Made by a program: the position numbers and the translations under genes
In this document: positions 1 to 7,497 of the stretch, in pieces
Numbering within the stretch: the first letter of the stretch is position 1
Layout: every line of letters begins with the position of its first letter
Notes under the pieces: generated by a model
The model's database searches: none
Told to the model about the DNA's origin: nothing
What the model saw: only the letters and a program-made list of their open reading frames with translations
Assembly: GCA_019116685.1 (NCBI GenBank)
Contig: DXBE01000021.1
Location: 15,457-79,456, forward strand
Direction of reading: 5' to 3'
Length of the DNA stretch: 64,000 nucleotides
DNA from: Candidatus Prevotella avicola
GTDB lineage: Bacteria > Bacteroidota > Bacteroidia > Bacteroidales > Bacteroidaceae

Positions 1-11
1 TTCCCATTATT

Positions 12-150
12 GTGTAGATGCGGGGGAGTCCTCGCCAAGATTGTAGAGACGTGGCGTGCCGCGTCTCCTTTGGCGAGAATTACCGCATCTGTTTGACAAG
101 AGGTGCGGCACGACTGCTTGACGGGAGACGTGACACGCCGCGTCTCTACA
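12..150. repeat. GC-rich nested-hairpin repeat (type-2 core GAGACGYGGCG..CGTCTC)
   Basis: Nested inverted repeats: TAGATGCGG (15-23)/CCGCATCT (83-90), CTCGCCAA (31-38)/TTGGCGAG (70-77), and the core TGTAGAGACGTGGCGTGCCGCGTCTCC (42-68). A second core, GGGAGACGTGACACGCCGCGTCTCTACA, lies at 123-150. The same core recurs at ~5050 and ~5238. Confidence 0.6.
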
Positions 151-207
151 GGAATTTCGGCCGTCTCAAGAAAATACCCTAAGGAGGGGATGCTGTGTTC
201 CTGCCTT

Positions 208-384
208 AACGTTGAGTTCGACGAAAAGTTGTAGAGACGCATTCTTGCGTCTCAGCAAGCAAGATTGCCGAATAAAATCGCCTATCGCGAAGACTTGGCA
301 GCTGGCTGAGACGCAAGAATGCGTCTCTACAGTTTGGCAATAACAGGGCTGTGCACATAAAGTGGAATTCGTCGAACTCACGTT
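208..384 (-). mobile_element. MITE-like non-autonomous element, full copy (reverse complement of the copy at 20877-21053)
   Basis: Outer terminal inverted repeats AACGTTGAGTTCGACGAA (208-225) and TTCGTCGAACTCACGTT (368-384). Inner paired hairpin arms TGTAGAGACGCATTCTTGCGTCTCAGCAAGCAAG and CTGAGACGCAAGAATGCGTCTCTACA. Near-identical to 20877-21053 on the opposite strand. No coding capacity beyond a spurious ORF. Confidence 0.7.
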
Positions 385-478
385 GCCTCATATGCATTGC
401 CCCGTTGGCTTTTAGCTGCTCCTTATTTTCCTCAACAAAATGACTTGTTTTGAGAGGCTTCAACATTCATCCAATAAT

Positions 479-566
479 ACATGGCCAAGTAATATTGGAT
501 ACATGGCCAAGTAATATTGGATACATGGCTAAGTAATATTGGATACATGGCCAAGTAATATTGGAT
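479..566. repeat. Tandem repeat, 22 bp x 4 (ACATGGCCAAGTAATATTGGAT)
   Basis: Four head-to-tail copies at 479, 501, 523 and 545. The third copy has one C>T change. Confidence 0.9.
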
Positions 567-615
567 ACCTAAACACCCCTGTTTGGGCAAGAAAAATCAT
601 TGTCCAAAATGGCCC

Positions 616-657
616 GAAAAAAGACAGTGCTTCCGTAGGCCCACGAAAGCACTGTCT
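616..657 (-). terminator. Putative rho-independent terminator of the HTCS gene (possibly bidirectional)
   Basis: 11-bp stem AGACAGTGCTT (622-632)/AAGCACTGTCT (647-657). An A-run at 617-622 gives a U-tract on the minus strand, about 55 nt after the HTCS stop. An alternative plus-strand pairing with GGAAGCACTGTCT (668-680) is followed by TTTTTT. Confidence 0.55.
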
Positions 658-712
658 CTGGCCGATGGAAGCACTGTCTTTTTTGAAGTTCCAAAAATAG
701 GCTCTCAAAGGC

Positions 713-3700
713 CTATTCCTTGCTGTGCTCCCGCATGTATTCACGGGGCGACATGCCATAGAAGTTCTTGAACATGGTGGAGAAGGAGGCGGCGTTGCTG
801 AAGCCACAAGCGTACATCACTTCCGTGATGCTATGGTTGCCTGTGCTCAGCAGGTTGGCGGCCTGTTTTAGCCTGATGTTGCGGATGAGGTCATGTGGGC
901 TCTGGTTGGTGAGCTGCTTCATGCGCCGGTAGAGGTGGCCGCGGCTGATGCCCACTGCTTCAGCGATGGTGTCCACGTTCAATTCGGCGTTGTCGAGGTT
1001 TTTGTTGATGACCTCCATGACCTTTTCCAGCAACTTCTCGTCGGGAGATTTCACGTCTATGTGGGTTACCTTGTCGGCTTGCTCTTCCTGCCCGCTGTAT
1101 TTGTTGCGGAGCACTTGCCGGGCGAAGAGCAGGTTGGCGATGGTGCGTTTCAGGATGTCCAGGCTGAAAGGTTTCACGATATAGGCGTCCGCGCCCGTCT
1201 CCAGTCCTTCCAGTTGGTTTTCCTCCTCGCCCCTGCCTGTGAGCAATATGACGGGCAGGTGATTGGTGCCCACGTGCGTCTTTAGTTTGGTACAAAGGGT
1301 GACTCCGTCCATTTTGGGCATCACCACGTCGCTGATGACCAGGTCAGGGGTCTGTTTCAGTATGTTTATCAATGCGTCCGCTCCGTTGTCATATTCAGTC
1401 ACGCGGTAAATCTTGCCCAGTTCCGTGGCCAGGTAATGTCTTATCTCTTCATCGTCTTCCACGATGACAATCCGTGGGTTGCCCGTTGTGGAAACCCGCG
1501 GGCTTGCCTGGTCGTTCCCCGTGTCGGGCTGTTCGTCTACCAATTCTGCCGTGGAGTTGGTTTTCCTGGCTTCCTGTTCCTCGGGCGTGATGATTTCCTC
1601 GGGCTTTAGGTGAGCGTTCCCCAGAGGCAGCGTAACGATAAACTCACATCCCTTTCCGTCCTCGTTGTTGCGGGCGGTGATGGTGCCATGGTGCAGTTCT
1701 ACGAGTGAGTGTGTGAGATCCAGGCCTATGCCCGTTCCCATCTTGTGATTGTTGGTGCTTTCGGTGCTTTGGAAGAAACGTTCGAATATTTTGTCCATCT
1801 TGTCGGCGGGTATGGCCTCGCCATTGTCCTTGATAGAGAGCTGGACGTGCTGCTCGTCGTGGGTGACGCTCATGGTGATTTCTCCGCCGCTAGGCGTGAA
1901 TTTCAAGGCGTTGGAGAGAATGTTTACCACCACCTTGTCGAAGTTGTCCAGGTCTATCCATACGGGTAGCTGCTCGCTGTCGTGATGGAAGTTGAGCTTG
2001 ATGCCCTTGGCCTTGGCTTGCAGTTGGAAGAGGGAGTAGAGATCGTTCAGGAATCCTATCAGGTTGGTTTCTTGCATGCGCATCTGCATTTTTCCTTTTT
2101 CTATCTTGCGCAAGTCCATCATCTGGTTGATGAGATGGAGAATGCGCTCGGCGTTGCGCTTGATGACCTCATAGATGGCCTGCCGTTTGGCGTCTTTGTC
2201 GCTGTTCATGAGTGAGAGCAGGGGCGATATGATGAGCGTCATGGGCGTGCGTATCTCGTGGCTGATGTTCATGAAGAAGCGTATCTTGGCCTCGCTCAGT
2301 TCCTCGCTGTGGATGTGCTCCTGCAGCCGGAGCTTGTCTTGCGCCTTGCGCCGTTGCGCGATGAATATCCATATGATAGCGGCCAGCGCGAGCAGCAGGT
2401 AGAAGGTCTTTGCCCATGCCGACTGATACCACGCGGGATGTATCACGATGGTAAACTCTCGTATGTCGCTCTTTGTCCCTCCGTCAGAGGCTTGCACTTC
2501 GAAATGGTAGGTGCCGGGAGGCATGTGGCTTAATGAAAGGCGGTTGTCGCCTGGTTCCAGCCGTTCCCAGTCTTCGTCATTCATCCTATAGGAGAAGGTG
2601 ATTCTTTCGGGGTTGGCGAACGAAAGCGTGCTCAACACCATGGTAAAGCTATTGTCCATGGGGCCTAGATGGAAGGTGTTGCTCTCTATCACGGGCTTTT
2701 CCGTGATGATATACCCTCCCGACTCCATGCCTGCGCTTACCAGACGGTTGCTTGCGTAAAGGGATATGAGCTGTATGTCCAGCTTCTTTTTCCTGCCTTT
2801 TATCTTGTCGGGCTGGAAGAGCGTCAAGCCGCCAATGCCGCCAAAGACGATCTCTCCATTGGGTTTCATGCACGACACGCCTTCTGAGAATTCGTTACCC
2901 TGCAGTCCGTCGTTGGCGAAATAGTTGCGTATCTCGCCTGTCTTGGGGTCCAGGCAATTGAGTCCATGGGTAGTGGAAGCCCACAGGCGGCCTTTTCGGT
3001 CTATCCTGAGTGCCGATACGCTGTTGTCAGACAGGTTGTTCTTCATCGTGTACCATTGCGTGGTGCGCTTGGCGGGGTCGTAATGGCAGATGCCGTTGTA
3101 GGTGGCTATCCACAAGTGTTGTTTCGCGTCTTCAACGATGTCTATGATGGAAAGGTCGGTCAGCAAGCCTTTTCCCTTATCGCCTAGCGGCATCCATTTG
3201 TTTTGGGAGATGTCGAAAGCGCTAAGGCCTTCGCAGGTCCCTATGTAGAGGCGTTTGCCGTCGCTGGAGAGCCTCAGTTGGTTGATGTAGTCGTTGCAGA
3301 GGCCTTTTCCCTTTCCCCTGTCACGGTATTCCGTCACTTTCCCCGTGGCGAGGTTTACGCGCTTGAGCCCTTCTCCCATGGTGGCTATCCATAGGTTCTG
3401 CCATTTGTCTGCCACTACGTCAAATACGCTGGTGGTGATGGGGTTCGCCAGGCGCGGTTGGTGGTATTCCCCGGTCTGCTTGTCCAGCCATCCCGCTCCT
3501 TGCAGGTAAGTGCCTATCCACAGCCTGCCTTGCGTGTCTTCCGTGATGCCCAGTATGGTGAAAGGTACGGCCTGGGCGCCTTTTCCTGGCGTATAGTGAC
3601 GTTTGAGCGTGCCGTCGGGGCCTATGGCGTAGAGCCCGTCCTTATCCGTGGAGACGTAGAGTGTTCCGTCTTTCCCGTAGCGGGTGGCCATCACGCAAGC

Positions 3701-4726
3701 TTCTCCTATGAGGTTATGGGTAGGTGATTTCGCTCCGATGTATTGGAAACCGAACTGCGGGCGGGGTTGCATGAATATTCCTTTTTGGAAAAGGTTTAGC
3801 CACAAGTTGCCTTCCCTGTCCTCCATGATGGACATGATTTTGGCGCGGTTGATGTCCACCTCCCGGCAGTAGAGGTTTACCTGTTCCACTTGTTGGCTTT
3901 GGGGCAGGTAGCGGAATACGCCCACGCCATCGGTGCCTAGCAGCAGGAAACCCATCTGGCTGACGGTGACGGTATTGAGGGGCAGGTGCTTAGTGCCGGG
4001 CACGCACTCCAGTTGCAGGGGATTACCTTTCCGTGAGCGGTATAGTCCTCCACCGAGATTGGCCAGGTAGAGCGTGCCGTCATGATCCTGGCAGATATTG
4101 ACGAAGGGGCCTTGTGGGTCATCGGGCAGCTGGCATTTTGTCCATATCCCGTTTTCTCTCGTCCATACGCCCTTATTGCTGGTCAGCAGCCATATACGCT
4201 TGCTCCTGTCTTCGAATATGTCCGTCACGAAGTTGGCTACGCGGAGTTGCTTGTCCCAGATTTGCGCGGTGGTGTCATTGACCATTTTGTAGACTCCGTG
4301 TCCTGAGACGGCGATGAGTGTTTCCCCAGTGCTGGTTTGGTAAATGCGTTGCACGTATCCCTTGATTTCCTTCTTGTTGCCTTCCATCAGGCGTATGGCG
4401 TGGAAATGGTCTCCCCGAAGCACTGATACGCCTTCGTTGCTGCCTAGGTAGATGTTTCCCTGGCGGTCTTGGGATACCTCGTTGATGTAGTTGCTGTTGA
4501 GCCCCAAGTCGCCGTGGCTCTCTTTCTTGAAGTTGCGGAACCGGTATCCGTCATACATGCAGATGCCGTTGCGTGTCCCTATCCATATGCGGCCATAGTG
4601 GTCTTGGATGACTTTTGAGGCGATGCTGCTCATCAGGTATTGGTCACCCATGTACAGTCTGCCGAACTGGGCGACCGCTCCCAGCGTATACATGATGAAT
4701 AATAGAAGGGCAAAACTCTTTCTCAT
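713..4726 (-). CDS. Hybrid two-component system sensor kinase/response regulator with AraC-type HTH (HTCS), PUL regulator
   Basis: 1337 aa. Signal/TM segment MRKSFALLLFIMYTLGAVAQ, then a long periplasmic beta-propeller/Y_Y_Y-type repeat region and a TM segment. HisKA (NISHEIRTPMT), HATPase (GTGIGLDL), receiver (IVIVEDDEE...DLVISDVVMPKMDG) and a C-terminal AraC HTH (ACGFSNAASFSTMFKNFYGMSPREY). Transcribed divergently from the glycosidase/SusCD genes. Confidence 0.95.
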   Translation of the reverse strand: MRKSFALLLFIMYTLGAVAQFGRLYMGDQYLMSSIASKVIQDHYGRIWIGTRNGICMYDGYRFRNFKKESHGDLGLNSNYINEVSQDRQGNIYLGSNEGVSVLRGDHFHAIRLMEGNKKEIKGYVQRIYQTSTGETLIAVSGHGVYKMVNDTTAQIWDKQLRVANFVTDIFEDRSKRIWLLTSNKGVWTRENGIWTKCQLPDDPQGPFVNICQDHDGTLYLANLGGGLYRSRKGNPLQLECVPGTKHLPLNTVTVSQMGFLLLGTDGVGVFRYLPQSQQVEQVNLYCREVDINRAKIMSIMEDREGNLWLNLFQKGIFMQPRPQFGFQYIGAKSPTHNLIGEACVMATRYGKDGTLYVSTDKDGLYAIGPDGTLKRHYTPGKGAQAVPFTILGITEDTQGRLWIGTYLQGAGWLDKQTGEYHQPRLANPITTSVFDVVADKWQNLWIATMGEGLKRVNLATGKVTEYRDRGKGKGLCNDYINQLRLSSDGKRLYIGTCEGLSAFDISQNKWMPLGDKGKGLLTDLSIIDIVEDAKQHLWIATYNGICHYDPAKRTTQWYTMKNNLSDNSVSALRIDRKGRLWASTTHGLNCLDPKTGEIRNYFANDGLQGNEFSEGVSCMKPNGEIVFGGIGGLTLFQPDKIKGRKKKLDIQLISLYASNRLVSAGMESGGYIITEKPVIESNTFHLGPMDNSFTMVLSTLSFANPERITFSYRMNDEDWERLEPGDNRLSLSHMPPGTYHFEVQASDGGTKSDIREFTIVIHPAWYQSAWAKTFYLLLALAAIIWIFIAQRRKAQDKLRLQEHIHSEELSEAKIRFFMNISHEIRTPMTLIISPLLSLMNSDKDAKRQAIYEVIKRNAERILHLINQMMDLRKIEKGKMQMRMQETNLIGFLNDLYSLFQLQAKAKGIKLNFHHDSEQLPVWIDLDNFDKVVVNILSNALKFTPSGGEITMSVTHDEQHVQLSIKDNGEAIPADKMDKIFERFFQSTESTNNHKMGTGIGLDLTHSLVELHHGTITARNNEDGKGCEFIVTLPLGNAHLKPEEIITPEEQEARKTNSTAELVDEQPDTGNDQASPRVSTTGNPRIVIVEDDEEIRHYLATELGKIYRVTEYDNGADALINILKQTPDLVISDVVMPKMDGVTLCTKLKTHVGTNHLPVILLTGRGEEENQLEGLETGADAYIVKPFSLDILKRTIANLLFARQVLRNKYSGQEEQADKVTHIDVKSPDEKLLEKVMEVINKNLDNAELNVDTIAEAVGISRGHLYRRMKQLTNQSPHDLIRNIRLKQAANLLSTGNHSITEVMYACGFSNAASFSTMFKNFYGMSPREYMREHSKE

Positions 4727-4915
4727 CGTTGTTTCGGTATATTAACTTGTTAGACCTCTTCGAGGCCCATGTTGGTTTTGTTGTTCGTATCTCCGCAAAG
4801 CGGTCAGCCTCTTCGAGGCTTCCCACACGCGGTAAAGCATCTCTGGACCTCTTCGAGGCCCTTTTGTCCCCCGTTTCTACACATATGGCGGTGTGTCTCT
4901 CTCCTCAGCAGCTTT

Positions 4916-5394
4916 TGTAGAGACGCATTCTTGCGTCTTCTCCAGCGAGTTTGTCATATCTCTCACCGCTTATGCGGCCTTTCTTGCTTGCTGAGACGCA
5001 AGAATGCGTCTCTACATTTACGGTGTGTGGCCCTCTTCTCGGCAGCTTTTGTAGAGACGTGGCGTGCCGCGTCTCCCTTGGCAAGCGTGTTCTCGCCCAT
5101 AGTGTGTAGAGACGCATTCTTGCGTCTCCTCTAGCGATTTTGCCTATCCCTCACCGCTTATGCAGCCTTTCCTGCTTGCTGAGACGCAAGAATGCGTCTC
5201 TACATTTACGGTGGTGCCATCCCTCCTCAGCAGCTTTTGTAGAGACGCGGCGCGCCACGTCTCCCTTTGCAAGCGTGTTCTCGCCCATGGTGTGTAGAGA
5301 CGCATTCTTGCGTCTTCTCCAGCGAGTTTGTCATATCTCTCACCGCTTATGCGGCCTTTCTTGCTTGCTGAGACGCAAGAATGCGTCTCTACAT
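4916..5394. repeat. Tandem array (about 2.5 units of ~189 bp) of MITE-like hairpin modules
   Basis: Unit starts (TGTAGAGACGCATTC) at 4916, 5105 and 5293. Each unit has a type-1 hairpin pair (TGTAGAGACGCATTCTTGCGTCT...CTGAGACGCAAGAATGCGTCTCTACA) followed by a type-2 hairpin (TGTAGAGACGYGGCGYGCCRCGTCTCC at 5050 and 5238). The repeated spurious ORF peptides in the ORF track mirror this. Confidence 0.85.
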
Positions 5395-5635
5395 ATTATA
5401 TATATTATAATGTACGTGCGCGCGCGAGCCTCGAAGAGGTTCAACCCTCAAAAGTTAGCGGTGGTATGATGAGACATTGCATAAGGTTAGGATGGCTTAA
5501 ACCTGTTAGGGGTTCTTCTTCGCAAAAATACGCGAAAAGAGTGATTCTGCCAAAATTTTTAAGGAAAAAGTGGATAATGATACCTCACGTAAAGTTTCCG
5601 CGCCGCTAGGTAAGGCATATTTAAAAGAAATTACA

Positions 5636-5643
5636 TAATTTTG
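5636..5643 (+). promoter_or_regulatory. Candidate Bacteroidota -7 promoter box (TAnnTTTG) for the GH43 gene
   Basis: TAATTTTG lies about 30 nt upstream of the ATG at 5673. Confidence 0.4.
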
Positions 5644-5672
5644 CAATCGTCAACCAAATAACTAACTAACCG

Positions 5673-7277
5673 ATGAAAATATCCCTGTTAGCCACGGCGC
5701 TGCTTGCGTCCATGCTCTCTACCGCGGTTTTCGCCCAACCCCACAAGGGTAAGCGGGTGGAGACTTTCCGCAATCCCATGATGTGGGCCGATGTTCCCGA
5801 TCCCGATGTCATCCGTGTGGGTGAAGACTTCTATTTAGTCACCACTACGATGCACTTGATGCCAGGAGCGCCTATCATGCGTTCCCGTGACTTGGTACAT
5901 TGGCAGACCGAAAGTTTCCTGTTCGACAAGTTGACCGACTCCCCTAAATATGATATGGAGGAGGGTACGGTGTATGGCCGTGGGCAGTGGGCTACCTCTT
6001 TGCGCTATCATGACGGCAAGTTCTATGCCCTTTTCGCTCCCAATGATTCCCAGGGTGGTGATACCTATATATATACCACCAAGGATCCCGCCAAGGGATG
6101 GACACTTCTCTCCCGTCTTCCCCACTTCCATGACGCTTCCCTTTTCTTCGACGATGATGACAGGGTCTATGTCTTCAGTGGTACGGGCAGGCTTCAGGAG
6201 TTGGAACCAGACTTCAGTGCTATCAAGAAAGATGGTGTGGATGTGCAGTTACCTGTGCGTGACGCGGATGAGACGGGTCTCTTGGAGGGCAGCCGTGTCA
6301 TCAAGCATGACGGCAAGTATTATCTGTTGATGATTTCTTGGCCAGCGGGCAAGCCTCGCCGCCAAGTATGCTATCGGGCTGACAAGATTACCGGTCCTTA
6401 TGAGAAGAAGGTAATATTGGAGAGTGAGTACGGTGGCTTCCCCTATGTGGGACAGGGCACTATCGTAGATGACAGCAAGGGCAATTGGTATGGTGTCATC
6501 TTCCAGGATCGTGGTGGCGTGGGTCGTGTGCTTACGTTGATGCCCTGCCGCTGGATAGATGGTTGGCCTATCTTGGGTGACGAGAATGGCAAGGTGCCCA
6601 CCATGATGCCCGTTCCCGTTCAGGGACAGAAGGTGGGAGAACCTTTGGTGACGAGTGATGACTTCTCGGGCAAGAAGCTCAAGATGCAGTGGCAGTGGAA
6701 TCATAATCCCATTGATGAGGCTTGGTCGTTGACTGAACGTCCTGGTTTCCTCCGCCTCCATACCAACAAGGTGGTCAGCAACCTCTTCGAGGCACGCAAT
6801 ACGATTTCCCAGCGCATGGAAGGTCCTCGTTGCTCTGCCTATGTGAAGTTGGATATTTCGGGTATGAAGGATGGAGACCGTGCGGGCTTCGCCGCCTTCA
6901 ATGGCAACTCGGGTGTGCTCATGGTTTGCCGTGATGGAGGGGAGACTTATCTTACCATGCAGGAGCAGGTCGTTGCGCTCACCGAGCGGGAGAAGTTGGT
7001 CACCAGTGTCGAGATAGACGAGAAGGGTCGTACGAAACTGGAGGGTAATACGGTTTACCTGCGTATCGACGCGGATTTCAATCCCAATCGGGATATCGCC
7101 ACCTTCTATTACAGCGTGGATGGCAAGAATTGGTATAAGATAGGCTCCGATTTCAAGATGGTGTTCGATTACACCCGCCTCTTCATGGGAACGAGGTATG
7201 CCATCTTCAATTACGCCACCAAGCAGGCGGGAGGTTATGTGGATGTGGATGACTTCCAATATGCTAAAAATATGTAA
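5673..7277 (+). CDS. Glycoside hydrolase family 43 (beta-xylosidase/alpha-L-arabinofuranosidase type) with a C-terminal GH43_C2-like beta-sandwich
   Basis: 534 aa. Signal peptide (LSTAVFAQ). GH43 propeller motifs NPMMWADVPDPDVIRVGEDFYLVTTT and LLEGSRVIKHDGKYYLL. C-terminal MQWQWNHNP...GFLRLHT module, paralogous to aa ~705-900 of the 1200-aa enzyme at 23351. Confidence 0.9.
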   Translation: MKISLLATALLASMLSTAVFAQPHKGKRVETFRNPMMWADVPDPDVIRVGEDFYLVTTTMHLMPGAPIMRSRDLVHWQTESFLFDKLTDSPKYDMEEGTVYGRGQWATSLRYHDGKFYALFAPNDSQGGDTYIYTTKDPAKGWTLLSRLPHFHDASLFFDDDDRVYVFSGTGRLQELEPDFSAIKKDGVDVQLPVRDADETGLLEGSRVIKHDGKYYLLMISWPAGKPRRQVCYRADKITGPYEKKVILESEYGGFPYVGQGTIVDDSKGNWYGVIFQDRGGVGRVLTLMPCRWIDGWPILGDENGKVPTMMPVPVQGQKVGEPLVTSDDFSGKKLKMQWQWNHNPIDEAWSLTERPGFLRLHTNKVVSNLFEARNTISQRMEGPRCSAYVKLDISGMKDGDRAGFAAFNGNSGVLMVCRDGGETYLTMQEQVVALTEREKLVTSVEIDEKGRTKLEGNTVYLRIDADFNPNRDIATFYYSVDGKNWYKIGSDFKMVFDYTRLFMGTRYAIFNYATKQAGGYVDVDDFQYAKNM

Positions 7278-7330
7278 AAAGAGAATAGTTTTGGTTTAAA
7301 TACTGAAGGGTTCGAGTTAGGCGTAACTCG

Positions 7331-7360
7331 TTGGGTGTGCCTGCGGGCACACCCAATTTT
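7331..7360 (+). terminator. Putative rho-independent terminator after the GH43 gene
   Basis: Stem TTGGGTGTGCC/GGCACACCCAA with a short loop, followed by TTTT. Confidence 0.6.
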
Positions 7361-7458
7361 AGCCCACTAACCCTTTCGAAATCGTACCAAAACCGTGAAA
7401 TGTTACATTTAGCGAAGATTTTGATACATCAGCAAAAATGACTTTGTGGCATAATGTT

Positions 7459-7466
7459 TAAATTTG
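7459..7466 (+). promoter_or_regulatory. Candidate -7 promoter box (TAnnTTTG) for the xus-type operon
   Basis: TAAATTTG lies about 32 nt upstream of the ATG at 7498. Confidence 0.4.
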
Positions 7467-7497
7467 CAAACAATCCGAATCTATATTTAAATTATGT

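Noticed and set aside
166-381. Near-identical small ORFs (MSSTNSTLCAQPCYCQTVETHSCVSASCQVF...) at 166-381 (-) and 20881-21087 (+), and Cys/Arg/Leu-rich ORFs at 4769-5134 and 5140-5469
   Set aside because: They lie entirely within MITE-like or tandem hairpin repeats. Their identity simply mirrors the DNA repeat. They have no start context and no plausible protein features.
4916-5394. Possibility that the tandem or phased repeats (here and at 479, 32853, 39073, 44251, 55734) are CRISPR arrays
   Set aside because: Units are contiguous (21-22 bp) or ~189 bp, with conserved rather than unique intervening sequence. There are no 25-40-bp variable spacers and no cas genes in the window.
5411-5427. 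Alternating purine-pyrimidine tract (TGTACGTGCGCGCGCG), potentially Z-DNA-prone, next to an (AT)-rich run
   Set aside because: It is short and unique. It could be a chance junction between the repeat array and flanking DNA. No supporting signal was found.
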